64,000 nucleotides of DNA from Kudoa neothunni (GCA_964304625.1 OZ199840.1:8005744-8069743); one strand, 5' to 3'; shown: positions 15,401 to 29,254, numbered from the stretch's first letter. Notes: generated by a model from the sequence alone, not told the origin. Numbers and translations are program-made.

Positions 15401-16581
15401 ATGCTTATTATTACATGAGTTTAAACATGTAATTTTTCTTCGGATTAATTTATATAAATGATTACGATGAAATTAGTGCCTTAATACAGTCCTGATTCGA
15501 AACAGTCGTTAAAATTAGATTTAGACGTCAGACGCAGAAAACCTCAGACCTCCTTCATTGATTATCACAACCCTTTTGTTATCCCCCAAGACATGATCCC
15601 CTCCGTATCTTCCACTTCGATAAATCGATCCGTTGATTCCTACCCCGCCAGCTGCATGGAAAGTGGATGTCCTATGGCTGAGCATCTATCCATCGAATGC
15701 ACTCACAGTATGAGTACCGACCTCTATATTCAAATGCAACTTTGCCAATCCCAGACCCTACATGATTGGCTTGAAACCAACTCCACTGAGAGAAACCTGC
15801 AAATTTGTATAAATTATTTTAAACAGGTATGTCATCTCATGCACCCGAACTTACCGATGTGTTATTGGTGATATAGATCCTTATGGCGATTGGTTACATC
15901 CACAGTCAGGACTTTATTCACAGAGATTTGAAGGTATTTATTAAATGATTATTTGATGTTGTTGTACACGAATTAATCAATCGTTTAGCCATCGAATATC
16001 TTCTTTTCAATGGATGGTATTGTGAAAATTGGTGACTTTGGTTTGGTAGCACACACTCTACCTTCCCCCAAAGCGCATGAAACCTCCAAACACCACCCAG
16101 TCAAAAAGTCGAAAAGCAACCGAATTTCTGTTTCCGCTTGTAGTGATAATATCAATCTACATTACTACACTAAATTGGTCGGCACTGAATTGTATATGGC
16201 TCCCGAGCAAGTAATTTTTACAAATGACGATAATTTCGATATTTCCTTTCGCTTAGAATAATTGTGAAAAATATGATAACACTGTTGACATCTACGCACT
16301 GGCGTTAATTCTCACAGAGTTGGTACTTCCATTCAAAACTCAAACTGAACGCTATATCACACTTAATAACATGAAAAAACAAAAAAGAATCACCGAGTTG
16401 ACCGAAAAATATCCGACTGTGGTATGTTTTTGTTATTTAACATGCATCTTGATTTCTCATCTTTTAGACCCTTCTGGTGGAATGGATGCTTGCTGATGAC
16501 CCCAAGAATCGCCCAACAGCTATCGACATCCTCGACAGTGGACTAATCCAGTCACTTTGGACCAAATATGGACTTAGTTGA
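8972..16581 (+). CDS. EIF2AK3: PERK / eIF2-alpha kinase 3 (ER transmembrane UPR kinase), multi-exon
   Basis: Signal peptide; IRE1/PERK luminal motif [23 protein letters not shown]; TM segment near 13650-13735; kinase motifs [44 protein letters not shown], acidic insert, [43 protein letters not shown]; stop TGA 16579-16581. Confidence 0.93.
10268..12370 (-). mobile_element. Decayed pogo/Tigger transposon in PERK intron 9719-12466
   Basis: Right TIR reverse complement cagtcaaacctcgattatccg followed by TA; degenerate left TIR tattgaaacttcgattatccg; minus-strand remnants [32 protein letters not shown] and HPLDVGII. Confidence 0.8.
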
Positions 16582-17079
16582 CGTTTAACTCAAACAACAT
16601 TGTACGAATTGTTTTTATTTGCTTTATACTTTTGTTTGTTCACACTTAACGTAATGAGTCGAATTTTTGCGCAACTACTATTTTCTGACAAATTTTTGAC
16701 AAACTCACCTACACTTCTCCCCTTAAAATGATATTTTTAATGGCATTCAATGTTAAATTCTTTTCGGAAGTCAGAAAATAGATCTATTACTCGTTTTAAG
16801 TAAAAATTAAGGTTATTAACGGAATGTTTTTTTGGAAAAATAAATAAACTTACTAAATCATTATTAAAACTAAATGTATATTGTGTATTGTAGATTATTA
16901 GTTTTTTATATATTCGCAAATCTTACTTAACTCTTTTATGCTTTAAAGTAACTCAATAGGAATGTATTATTTTAATAACACTGAAATGATTAATTTTATA
17001 CGAATAGGAAACTCACAAATTAAATGATATGTCAAAAGTTCTAATTACATAAAAAATTAGTATTTTGCCATTATTTTAA

Positions 17080-17660
17080 TTTTGAATGGAAAGAATAATT
17101 TCTACGGATTTTAACATAATTTTCATCCTCACGTTGTCCTTTGTGGCAATGTCAAACATTTGACGCAACTCAATATACTGTGTATTCTTTGGCTAATGTC
17201 ACCACAACATATAACTCCCCGTCTCATCTGTCTGCGATAGAATGGGAATTTAACCTATTTAGCATCCTCTTATCGAAATGGCCATTACTCGAAACCCTAC
17301 CCTTTCAAACTTCAAAAGCATTGATTCTGTAGGGTCGGGTCTACGTGATTTTTATGACCTAATTCGTCTCTGAACGTTTCAAACGTTTATTCCAATCCCA
17401 ACTTTAGCTACGCTGAACTGTAACTGCATGCAAGCACGTCTCGCATAGTAATTAGCGTACATCTTAACTACAGTTTCCGTTACAGAATAGTGGAATAGCG
17501 ATACACAGTGCAGGAACTGGCTTAGTTTTTGTCGGAGCATGAACACAGAACCTCCAGATCCTATTAGTCAGGCATCCGCGAAATTTGTCCACCGTCATAG
17601 TAATCGATAGCGAAAGTAATATTCTACGAGAGGTCAGTTACTCCACAAAGAAGATGCACA
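17080..17660 (-). mobile_element. Probable decayed LTR-retrotransposon (Gypsy-like) or Ginger integrase C-terminal fragment
   Basis: GC-richer island; stop-riddled minus-strand translation SHSIADR*DGELYVVV..EYTVY*V resembles the integrase GPY/F-region pattern (KLADRW...YVVV...PVY.V). Confidence 0.4.
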
Positions 17661-17848
17661 ACAAAGAAATATCTGATAAAAATATTCACAATAATTTTAA
17701 TTATCAAAAGTTAATTAAGCAACAACGACTTCTCTCACATTTGTCGTGATGTAGCTCAATAGACAATTTAATAGTAAGCTAATTATTGTAATAAGCGCAT
17801 AACAAAAATCTAGTATTAATTTCGAAAAATCACTAACTATACAAAGTG

Positions 17849-19891
17849 CTAACAGTTTTCATCATCAGAAGATTCATCATTTTGATGAGGTAGTTTGTCT
17901 TTTTTGAGTGCGGTTCGTGCCTCTCTGACAAGTTGCAAACGTCTCTTTTCTCTTTGAATCATATTACGAGACACAGTCTGAGCCTTATGCAGTTGTTGGT
18001 TGGACTTGGCTTTGGTGCGAACTCTAGGCAACAATCTATCTATTACACGTTGGTCACGAAGTTCCAGTTCATTCTCCAACGGTTTTCCAACCTTAATGAT
18101 GCTATCAGCGTCGAGTGAGATATGGTTAGCTTGAATCTAGATAGCGAATGTCAATCACAAATGAACTTAAATAGCGATCACCAAGACAATTACCTTATCA
18201 AGGAAGGACTTGACTTCATTTTCCTGGCGTTGTTTGGTGGTCTCGAATGGGTTGGCTTCCCAGGTGTCAAAGTTTCCTTCGGCACTCCCTATGTTTAACA
18301 ATTGTTAATCTTTCTCACATTAAATCCTAATTCAATACCAGGAATGATAAGACTATCAATTCCTTTAGCATGGCCAACTCCAAGCACATCTTCAAAGGGG
18401 CAAAAGTTAAGCGAATGCACTTGACCATTTTGAGAAACGTTGTGACGCATGTATCGCCATTTAACATTGTCTTCAAGATCTACGTCTTTCCATACCTAAG
18501 TTGATAATATTAGTTAGAAATCGTCAAAGATAAAAATTGTTTGAACTAAGCATAAATACTTCAACAACATTCCCCACCGAAAACCCGAGTAAAGACTGTT
18601 GACTGAATGTCAAGCAATTAGCTGGCTGAGCAACTTTATAGGTGCGTAGATTTTTACAAGCTCGAATATCCCATATTTTTAAGAATCTGCCCATATCCGA
18701 GGTAGCGAGTAGATTCCCGTTGGGACTGATAGCAACCGATACAACAGGGCAAGGATGGCACAACATTTTCAAGAGGAATTCTTTAGAGTTGGGCGACCAA
18801 AGACTCACTGTGCCATTGGTATGGCCCACATGAAGTATGGCGTTTGTAGGGTTTTGGGCCATAGAAGTGGGGTCTCCCATTCCCATTTTGATGTCTTCTA
18901 CCGCCATCACTCCAATTGAAGTGTCCAAATAGGACAAGTATCCGCGCTTGCGAGCACAACCAAGCAGAAAATGATATCGTAAAAATTCCATATGAGTGAC
19001 TTGATGCAGTGCTTTTATGCGACTAATTTCAACGCCCTTATTATCGTAGACAAACACTTTTTCTTTCTGTGCCACTGCAAAGCGAGTTTCGTTATGAAGC
19101 CAGCTAAAAAATTTCATTCACCACAATAAAATCTTTATAATAAGTAAAATACAACTGTCAGAAATCATATCAAATCCCAACTACCTCTAATTATATAATT
19201 CCACATTAATATACCTTATAGCTCTAATTTTATCTTGAACATGAACTTCAAACTTAATTGTTTTGGTTCTCCAATCGAAAGCAGCCAAATGTCCGCGACT
19301 TCCGCCCATTAACAAATGTTTGCCGTTGTTGCTGTACTTAAGAGAATAAGGGCCGAATTGTTTGAGCGACAGTGTGAAAAACTTTTCAAGCATTAAATTG
19401 ATGTAAAAACACAAAATTCACATTATTAGCAGTCGTGAGATCGACATTTTTAACAATATCAGATTGTTTGACTTTGGTTGTGGATTGAACCCCGTCATTT
19501 TCGACCTCCAACAATCCAACTTGTTGATTATTGAGATAACTGGATCGCAAGGAATTCATCGCGGCCTGGTCAACAGCGTTTTCGTAGTTTTTGAGTTGTT
19601 TTTGCTTCGATTTGGACAATTTCATATTCTAAAAACGCAAATTTTTCTCGAATTTCTCAATAAATTTTTATTTAATATTACCGTGTAATCGATGGATTCA
19701 CCTCGAGAAAATTTATTCAAATTTTCAATTTGTTCGGCAGCAAAGTTTTTCTTTACAAATTGTTTCTTTCCTGCGTTATTAACATTGCGATTCTATTACG
19801 TATTCAAAAAAAGAGCTTCTACAATGTTTAAATAGCTTACTTCTGGCACTTTTATAACCACAGAACAATTTTCATGTTTGCCCTTCCCCAT
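17849..19891 (-). CDS. WDR46: WD repeat protein 46 / Utp7 (BING4), SSU processome, multi-exon
   Basis: [90 protein letters not shown]4CT motif [27 protein letters not shown]; start inferred at MGKGKH (ATG 19891). Confidence 0.92.
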
Positions 19892-20044
19892 ATCAATCTT
19901 CGGTAGCAATCGGAAAGACCACCCCTGTATTTGCGGTTGTTTTGCAGCTGATTCATTGGTAGTGACATTTTGTTGTTTGGTTTCCACGTTGCTAATAATT
20001 AACTGTAATATACTATAGACTTTGCTAGTGATATTTTATCAACG
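19892..20044. promoter_or_regulatory. Putative bidirectional promoter between WDR46 and ARP5
   Basis: Divergent start codons only 153 bp apart, assuming the inferred WDR46 start. Confidence 0.55.
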
Positions 20045-23000
20045 ATGGAGGAACAAAGTATTCGGTTTTTCTCAATTATATTCTTCGAAAATTATAGTAT
20101 ATCATTTGGATTCTTGCAAACAAACATTCTACTACTCCAATACCCCTAATGTTCCAATGAAAAATTCAAAAAAAAATACTGGCATTATTTTTGATAATGG
20201 TAACACGAATGTTGATTTGATGAATATTCATCATAATAAATGATGCATACAAGTTTTATTTTAAAATAAAAATTATTAGATATTTATTATTGACATATTT
20301 AATTTTAAAAATTTAATTGAAAAGGTTCATTTAACGGAAGGGCTGGGTGGAGTATTGGTAATGAGCCCTCTCTTGTATTTCCAAATTTGGTTAGAAAAGC
20401 CAAACGAAATCAAGTAGAATTGTAGAATGATAATAGTTTGAGATAATTTATGTTAATCGAAGGCGGAAAACAACACTGAAACTCTTATAGGGAACGAAAT
20501 TTCTTATTTTATTGATTACACAAAATACACAATTAAAAACGCATTTTCTAATGATATAATATTGGATTTTGAAACTCAAGAAAATGTGATGGATTACGTT
20601 TTTAAAAATTTGAATGTTCAATCTTCCGATTGTGTTGATTATCCGTTGCTAATGACGGAAACCTTTGGCAATCCTGTCGCTGCTAGGAAATGTATTTCGT
20701 AGGTGTGTTATTTATTAAAGCTCACCAAATTGTTTGTATAGTTATGACTGAATTGGTTTTTGAAAAATATGCGGTGGCGTCGTTATGTTATGGAGTTGAT
20801 AGTCTTTTTGCTTTTAACGCGATGTGCAACCAAAAAGGAGTAAGCTTACCGGAAGATGCCCTGATTTTGTCGTTGTCGCATTCGGCTACTCATTTAATTC
20901 CTAGAGTTGATGGTTTGTTTCAATATGAGCGAGCTAAGAGGTTTTTTAATATTGTATTAACTCTTATTGGACCATCTTATTATTTTCGTAAAATAGTGAT
21001 TGTTAGTTGTGTAACGTTCAAAAAATTTCATTTTTATGACGCTAATATAAGAAACGTTAAATGTTAATAATTAGCAAAATTATGAAATTTAAGAGGTTCT
21101 TTAAAGTAAGTTTATCATCAGGTAAATTTATTAGCGATATGGTGGTCTCTTAAGGGTTAAATGCGAGAGAGATGTCAAAATTTAAATTGTTATTAGATCG
21201 GATATTGGCGGGAAGACCATCCACCGTTATTTGAGCGACCTTATCTCTTTGGCGTGTCCTACTGAATCTTATCAAATGTTTCCTAATCGAATTTATGTGA
21301 GTTTTTTATTGTGTTGGAGATTTGATGGGCGGAATTTTGAAGGACGTCGCCCACAAATTTGTGAAATTAACATCGATGGAGTACTTTGAAACACTCGATC
21401 GAGTTTTCAAAGACACCTCTGCGGCAATCTACCTTCATTTGCCCGAGCCTAACAATAATGACAACTCCTTTGAAACCGTTCAAGAACAACAAACCAACGG
21501 TGATGACGGCAAGAAGAGAAACGTCAATTTTTACAAACGCATGCATGCTCATCATAATTCGAATCGACTTATCAAAGTATTTCATCGTAAAACCATTAGA
21601 AAGTGACAGTCTTTGATAAAGATAGAAAGTTTGAAAGGCGAAATTGCGACACTTGAGGACGCGTTACAGGATGATGATGATGATGATGGTAACGATTTAA
21701 CCCTCAAGAATGTGAGTTTCACGTATCTTTTATGTCTGGGGCTCCCAACCGTTTTTTCAAATTCAACCTCTTAACTCGGAATCCGAATTCATGTTTACTT
21801 TAAATTTTTATATTGGTTTAACTATGGCAGGGGCTATTTACAGTATAAATCCTAATCCCAAAGGCATGGACGCTGGTGTTCTGACAGTTTTTAGCCCCAT
21901 CAACTCTTACTCGCAAGCTGTCTATAGATTTTATTTTTTCGACTTTGCTAAATTAAATTATTTTTGGCTCATTACTTTACTCTTAGGGATCAGGAACAAT
22001 TAAAAATAGTCAAAACTAATGACACCCAAACATTATTTACCATGCAAATAGTGAGTTTAAAGGTTATTTATTATTATTAAGCTACACCACTAAAAGATAA
22101 ACGAGTCAAAAAAGAAAGAGACTGGTTATAGTTTTATAAATAGTGGTTAAATATTTATTCCTAAAAACATTTTAAGCATTTCTGTTTACTTATTGAATTT
22201 AACAACCCTGAATAATATAATTACTCAGAAATCCTTAAGTACGTTGCAACCCCCATTATGCTAAAATTACCCCTACGCAATTTGGATGTTTTTTAATTTC
22301 CCCCTGTTTTGTACTGGTTGACTAATTGATTGATTCTTATTCTTGCTAGAAATTGACTGTGCAGCTGAAAAAATGTAATTCTCAGCTGGATGAAATCACA
22401 CAAAAGTATCAACTAAGCGAAGACTTTCTTAACGTACATTATCGAATATGAGTTAGTTGGTTAGTTTGTGTTGTTCATTCTATTTTCAAGGACACTATCA
22501 CATTGGAAGAATTGATGGCTAGCAATTCAAAGAAACGACTGTCATCCGAAGAGGTTGCTCAGCTACAACAAGAGCGCTTGGTATCTTATTGTTAACCATT
22601 AATTGACTAATGGAAGTATGGATCGATAGGAATTGATAGAAAAAAGGGACGGCCGAACTAAACGCAAGAAGGAATTGACCAAAAGAAAAGGCAGTGCTGT
22701 GAGGGAGCGAATGAGAAAGTTGAATAAACTTGATGACTTTGATGGTGACGACAACAAAAAATCCAGCGGTTCCAGTAACTAAAAACGAGTTTAATTTTGG
22801 CATACTCTACTTTTTTGATAAAATATTAGAATCATCATCTAAGAAACAATTATACGAAGAAGATTTGTTTGGTATGAACGATGACGATTGGGATATTTAT
22901 CGAGTACAGCTACTAACAACCCATTCTTCCACAATAATAGCATAATTCATCATTTTAGCTGAATTCGAATCAAGAGTCTGATCACGATAGTGAAGCAGAG

Positions 23001-23676
23001 AATGAACGAATAACACAAATCGAGAACAAATTGGCCAAAGCTAAACAACCTGTGGAGTAGATTTGAATTGTCCACGATTGGATTTAGATCTATTAATTCA
23101 CTTAAGACAATCCAATGGAAAATTAAACGAAGATATTGAAAATATGTATCGAATACGACTGACAACCGAACCTTACAGAGCAGCGGAACTGTTATTTAAA
23201 CCATATATAGCAGGACTGAACAAATATAACGGTTTGAGTGAGTGTGTTGAGTTATTACTGAAACAATTTCCCTCAGAGGAACAAGATCGAATGTGCAAAG
23301 TAGACGATTGCACAATTTACGTTTGATGAAGCTGATTTTAGAATATCTATATTACTGGTGGCGTCACCAATGTGACAAATCTTTATTCGAGACTTTGTTC
23401 GGAATTCCAGTGTTTAAGGCCGTTTGAAAGCGAATCAAACATAATTATGACTTGTAACTTTTGTTTTTTGTATCAAAGAATTTAAAACGCATAAATTTAG
23501 ATAACACAACGAGTGATTGTTGGGATGGAGCTCAACAATGGTTCAATTCATCAACTGATGACATTGTGAACAATTATTTCACAAATGGCCAACACTATGC
23601 CGAATATGGTTTGGATCACCCTGAATTGTATAGAATGCATCCTTTCTCTAACTATTATTCGTCGTTGCGCCAATAA
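20045..23676 (+). CDS. ACTR5: Actin-related protein 5 (INO80 complex), multi-exon
   Basis: GIIFDNG-S, GRAGW, YPLLMTETFGNP, MTELVFEKYAVASLCYGVDSLFAF, Arp5 signature FGMNDDDWDIY, ELLFKPYIAGL, NIYITGG, WDGA, HPFSNYY. Confidence 0.9.
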
Positions 23677-23735
23677 TAATAATAATAAGAAATAACACCA
23701 CAAACTCTATTGATATATACCTATTAGTATATATG

Positions 23736-25104
23736 CTAAGTGTATTTACGAATGTCCATATTTTTGAGGTCGAATAAGGGGGTTTTTTGACGTCTGGGAT
23801 TGATCAATAGGGATCCAGCAGCGGTTTTCGTCTTGGGGTTTTGTTTTGATTTGAGATTGACCCAGTGTTTTGGATGAGTAGAAAATTCAGTAGAGTTGAC
23901 AATATTTTCCTTGTTTTGATTAGTGTTGTTGTTACTATTAGGATGGTTCATTTTTGGAGACGCGTTCGCGGAGAGAGGGTCTCTTTTGTTAAAAAAATCA
24001 TCTTAACCAAGTTTAGCCACTACGCACTTAAAAAGGAGTTACCAGCTGTGCATAAGTTGGTAGAAATCATTGTAGAATTTTTGACAATGTCACCAGTATT
24101 GAGAGACTTGGTGTTCTCGACCGGGATGTTCAAATTGGCGCATAATTGGAATTCATTAAGGCGTTTAATTGAAGGTAGACTAACAGTTTTCTTCTTCAGT
24201 GTGTCATAGAGCGACTGAATCCGTTGAACTTGTCTATATTTATCGTTGTATTTGTCGTTGGTTTCATTGAGTTGTTTCTGGAGTTGAGTGTTTTGGTTCG
24301 ATTTTTCTATCCAGTGTAACAGCTAATTTTATTTATTTATTTTTATCGAACAGAATACCTTCTATTTTATGTTTCAAAGCTAAATAACACAAAAATCATG
24401 TATTAATATTTTTTTGAGTGATATACTTTCAATTTCACCCTTGAGGGATGAGGTGAGGTTCACGTAGTGTGTTTCAACCTGCGAAACAGCCTCTTTGCTC
24501 TTGTTCATGACAATGGTTTGATAGATTTTTTCCTGGTAACACTAAATGGAAGAATTAAAGCACTCCTCGCAGTTTCTAAGAATACCTGATAATCCCAAAA
24601 TGAGATAGCCCTTGAAGCTATTTCCATAATTATTTCCGGAGATTGACCTGCAAGTATCATCTAAATATGAGCAAGTTTTCGATATTTTATTTTGTATAAA
24701 AATTTGAACTTATCACTGCATATTACCGATTTATAATGTTCACTTGGAGATAGATTTGTTCGAATTAGATCTATTTCGGATTCCAAGGGACTGTCACCTT
24801 ATTTTTGTGAATATTGAAGGGAAACTCTTAATTTAATGGGACTAATAAATGAAATACACGCTGTGCATATTCGAGGCTTTTTTTCATGCAACTCAGCACC
24901 ATCTTTATCGCAAAGAATATCTAAACAGTCTTTCATATCAGCAACATCGCTCCATAATAATATGCATACGCGAACAAGAAGTGACCTTCAGAAACCCCCA
25001 TAAAAATAATCTTAACTCGATAAACATCCCACAATCCAACCTACCCACACGTACGACTTCAGTTCTTGTCTACACTTGACATTGTTACAAATCAATGAAT
25101 TCAT
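23736..25104 (-). CDS. CCNB1IP1: HEI10 / cyclin B1-interacting protein 1, RING E3 ligase for meiotic crossover, multi-exon
   Basis: Spliced translation MNSLICNNVKCRQELKSYVW-VTSCSH-ILCDKDGAELHEKKPRICTAC-DSPLESEIDLIRTNLSPSEHYKS-MILAGQSPEIIMEIASRAISFWDYQ, then a coiled coil ending RQVQRIQSLYDTLKK; matches the HEI10 RING and LSPSEEYKAMVLAGL..AL.FW.YQ motifs; last-exon splice inferred. Confidence 0.88.
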
Positions 25105-25287
25105 CCTACTACGCTATAGATGCTATATGTGGTTTGGAAACGAAAAAATTATTCACTTAGCAATTGCAACTAATAACAAAACGCATCCGCTCAAAAAATT
25201 AAACACTGTTAGAAAAACAATAAAATCGTTAGCAACAATAATCAAAGCAACAGAAGCTATCAACTATATTCATAGTTTTCTATAGTT

Positions 25288-26614
25288 CTACATCAATGGC
25301 ATAAGAGATCCAAAGTAGAAGTGTTGAACAATTGGAAACTTTGAGAGGACCTTTAAAGAGCCATAAATGTTACTTTATGATTCATCACAGAAGATAACAT
25401 ACTTCCTTTTGATACATAGTAACAAGTCCTTTGTTAACCCTACTCCAGTCGGACGCAGCACTAATATTATAGAGATAATTAGAGTGTTCAAAGAAAGGAC
25501 CACTTTTGGTCTAAAAAAAATTAGCGTTGTCATCGACCGTTATCAGACTTTATTAATATTGTCAATAGCCTCGAGAAACATCCAACCATCCTTATTTCTT
25601 GACACCATCTCTTCGTCGATGTACATTGATGGTTGAATCGTGAGGTGGTTGATTAGCTGTGAGCTGCCAAAAAGAAATGGCAAAAATTGAAAGTCATCCA
25701 AACCCCAAACTCCATGACTCCCCGCCGGTTCCATTTTGTAGGTTCGTTGCAAAAGCCGAACCAACTCAAGATACCTATGCCACAACTCAGTACAAAGCAG
25801 AGGTGATTAAGGTGGTAAAACCTTCTGAAAAAACTAGCCATTATGATGCCCAAATCATCCTTTTGAATCACCCCAATCGATAATAGACAGCTTATAAAAA
25901 AGAATAGGTTGGTTTCATGACCAGTCCCATAATCAATACGTGTAACGTCGCCAAAACTATCTATCATTGTTGGATTAGACGAAAAAAATTGCAACCATTA
26001 CTGCAAAAATAAACAAGTATTGCTGATAGGTGGCATTTCTGGGTTTCATTTGATAAAATTCTCGCTATCAAATCCGGGGCCTCCTATCATAAAAATAATA
26101 AGATTTTTAATTATTCTGTTTGTATTAGATTATGTTTTTAAAGTAAAAAAGAGCGCGCAAACAACCTTATTCATGGCTGCAAACCAATTTCTGTAAGATT
26201 TGTTACCAAAACGCTGTGATGAAGTACACGGTGGATTTTTGTCGATCAGTTTAATCAATTCCTCCAATGTATCCAATAATAAATCAATATTCTACCGTAT
26301 AAACTAACTCAAAATCTCTAACTCTACACACGTACATGCGGCATTGCTTTTTGCGCAATAATTTCATTAAAACATTTAGACTTGACACTGGTGTTTATAT
26401 CCATTATTAACCGCATGAGATTCTCATACGCCTAAAATTCAACGATAAACAAATGTCGACGCATCTTTACGGCTACTTTAGATTTGTACCATGTATGCAG
26501 CATTCCTTCATTTTTAACCAATTTTACGGGTAAAGAATCTAAAAATTGATTTTAATTTTGTATTATTTCATAGTAGTCAGGCTGGAAGATACCTGCATTG
26601 GTTGGGGAACTCAT
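25288..26614 (-). CDS. PTPA: PP2A phosphatase activator PTPA (PPP2R4/Rrd), multi-exon
   Basis: [76 protein letters not shown]. Confidence 0.95.
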
Positions 26615-26818
26615 CGTTTTATTTCGTGCGTGCGCATTCTACGAGGTAAGAAGCTTTGGTACCCCATCAACTAATTGGTAAAAATAGACACTACTCTTTT
26701 ATCTAAAATTTATTCATAATATACGCTTATTTCGTGTTGTATTAATTGAATGTGATATATTTTTTTCATATATTTTTTATTTGTGTGCGCGCATGCGTTG
26801 ATGTATATGTATTTTTAA

Positions 26819-27230
26819 ACAGGGCGTCCGAGCCCCGAGTCTCTTGGGGTTTTTTCCACTTTAAACTAAATCTTGGGTTGTCTTATTTATTTACCAAATT
26901 TGTCGATTATTTAATTCTATGAGATCAATTTACAAATAATAAGTTATAGAATTATTTAAAATAATCATATTTATTTTTTTAGTAGTGGAAAGAATTAAGA
27001 TTATTTCAAATTTTAAAAAGATATTTCTTAATGTTGCAAACTGTGCAATTAAAGTGATTACTCCTTTCACCACAGATTATTATTTCGTAACAAAATTTCC
27101 ATATTGGCTACCGTAAAAACAGTTGCGGGACGGGGTCGCTTATACGTGCGTTGTACTTTCAATTACTTTGTCAGAATTCTTTGAACTTATTGATAAAAAT
27201 CAATTACAAAAATCTCATTTAATATTCTTT
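26819..27230 (+). mobile_element. hAT (Charlie/Buster-like) remnant
   Basis: End motif cagggcgtccg; decayed C-terminal dimerisation-domain translation CAIKVITPFTTDY...LIDKNQLQKSH. Confidence 0.4.
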
Positions 27231-27687
27231 TAATGCCTATTATTTATATAAAAATAGGTTTTTTGCATCAATCTCGCATTCTATCATATAAAAATTCCAT
27301 CCTTGCTAATTCTTTACTTTAATAAACACATTAATTAAGAAAAATAGATATTTTATATAGCAAAAATATTTTGATCATTATAAGAGCGTTTTTCATTTAA
27401 AATTTTTTTACGGATTTTACTTTTAACCATTTACCCATGTGTGTATAATAATTCAACAAATTTCACCAAATTTTTTATTTTGAACATTATGCGTCATTGT
27501 CTATCTTGATTAGAATTTTAATAATTACTAAAAAAATTATAGAAACGATTTCATAGTTATTAATTTTTTGTTTTAATCCTAAAATAATTCATTTCTTAGT
27601 GATTTAAAATTTTTAATATATATTTTAAAACAAAACCATTGCATAATTAATTCACATAACATTTTACCAAATTGGGTACAATAGATA

Positions 27688-29072
27688 CAGTAGGTAATCG
27701 ATTTTACGTACTTTTGTCGCGTGCGTAGAAAATTTAGAATATTTTTTGAGGTAATATAATAAAGTGTATAATTATAAATGTTGTGGAAGATTTTATATTT
27801 TTAACATAACTTGAAAGAAGATCTGATGGCTATGCAATTAGATAGTTATCATTTTCAATAATTTGGTTTTTAACCGGAATATTTTTGTAGTTGGATGCTG
27901 AAAAATATCTTATTCGTTTATTGAGAGATGATAGTTAACTTGTTGAATCGTTTAAGAATACAAGAATGAAGTTATATAATTTAATTTCATGATTAAAAGT
28001 TGAGCTATTGAAGTTACATACAAATTGTTAACAGTATTTTTGAAATTACTATGTAACAAATTAGGTCTATTTTAAATGTTTCACTATCAATATTACTTTC
28101 TTATTCTACTCTAATATAATAGGTAATTTTTATGGTCGTTAAAAAATCGTTAATGCTTATGATGGCAAATCTAAGGACGATCTGAACAACTCCTGATAAT
28201 GGACGTATAAAATTAACTCATAAATCATTTGAGACCTCTTTTCTAGATGTGAATTGAATTCCAGACGTAAATTAAAGTTTAGTTTGAAAATTTGGTCATA
28301 TGTCGATAAATTGACATTTTTTGTTGATTTAATAGTATAGTTTTATATAAATTGTACAAGAAAGACCGGTAGAAACTCTTAAGCAATATCACTCAATTTG
28401 TTTTACTATTAATGGTAACAGTTTTGAATGCATAAATGGTTACTCAATAAAATTGGCCATTTTAATTAAAGCAAAACCTATAACCATATAGTCTCTTAAA
28501 AATGATAAATTCTTTTGAATTGAACTCCTCTATTAATTTTTTACATATTTAATCGTCTATAATAAATCAGGTTTCTTGATTCTAATGCCGTTAATCAATT
28601 ATAAACTATAACATAAAAATTATTATTTGATCCTTTTTTAGAATATTTCTTTTAAATGAATCCAAGTTTATTTCACATGATGTGATTAATTCAACATTCT
28701 AATTTTAGAAATTATCAAAGTCGAAATAGGTACGAGATCAAAATCACGAAATATGATGATTTATTTGTTTTCACTCGCTAATTTTTAAATGATGGAAAAA
28801 TAATAAACTTATCTTTAAGCCTAAATGATTTACAATGATATCACAGATGTACTTAATTAAAGAGAAAGATTTTGAAAATTATTCAGCTCATTGAAAAGTT
28901 ACGTAAAACGATAATCTCCATTTTTATAAAAAACATCCTTAATAAATTTCTTTTTTATTGTAATATTTAATTTTATAAAATTAACTTTCTTAATTTAAGA
29001 AAATAGTTTCTACTCTAATAATTATGTAAAAGAATATAAAAAATAAAAGTACGTAAAATCGATTGTCTGCTG
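27688..29072. mobile_element. Non-autonomous or decayed pogo/Tigger-type element
   Basis: 28-bp TIRs cagtaggtaatcgattttacgtactttt / reverse complement cagcagacaatcgattttacgtactttt, TA on both sides; TIR resembles that of the 45443-47461 element. Confidence 0.8.
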
Positions 29073-29090
29073 TATAATAATTCAAATTAA

Positions 29091-29254
29091 CATTCTCGTT
29101 CCCGAATTTTCCTTTTGCATCGATAATTTTTCAAAGTAAACTAATACTAAAATTATATCCTATTGGAATTTTAATTTTTTTAAATAAATAATTTAACAAT
29201 AATTTTAAATCGTTTTTAATCCGTCCATTGAAATGAACAATGGGAACGAAAGGG
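29091..29254. mobile_element. piggyBac-type MITE (second copy at 54062-54176)
   Basis: TTAA flanks; ends cattctcgttccc / gggaacgaaaggg; internal similarity to the 54 kb copy in inverted orientation. Confidence 0.7.

Noticed and set aside
17140-17660. Candidate structured ncRNA (telomerase- or RNase P-like; accctac/gtagggt pairing)
   Set aside because: No proper telomere template or conserved RNase P/MRP boxes; better explained as a decayed integrase fragment. An Rfam scan would settle it.
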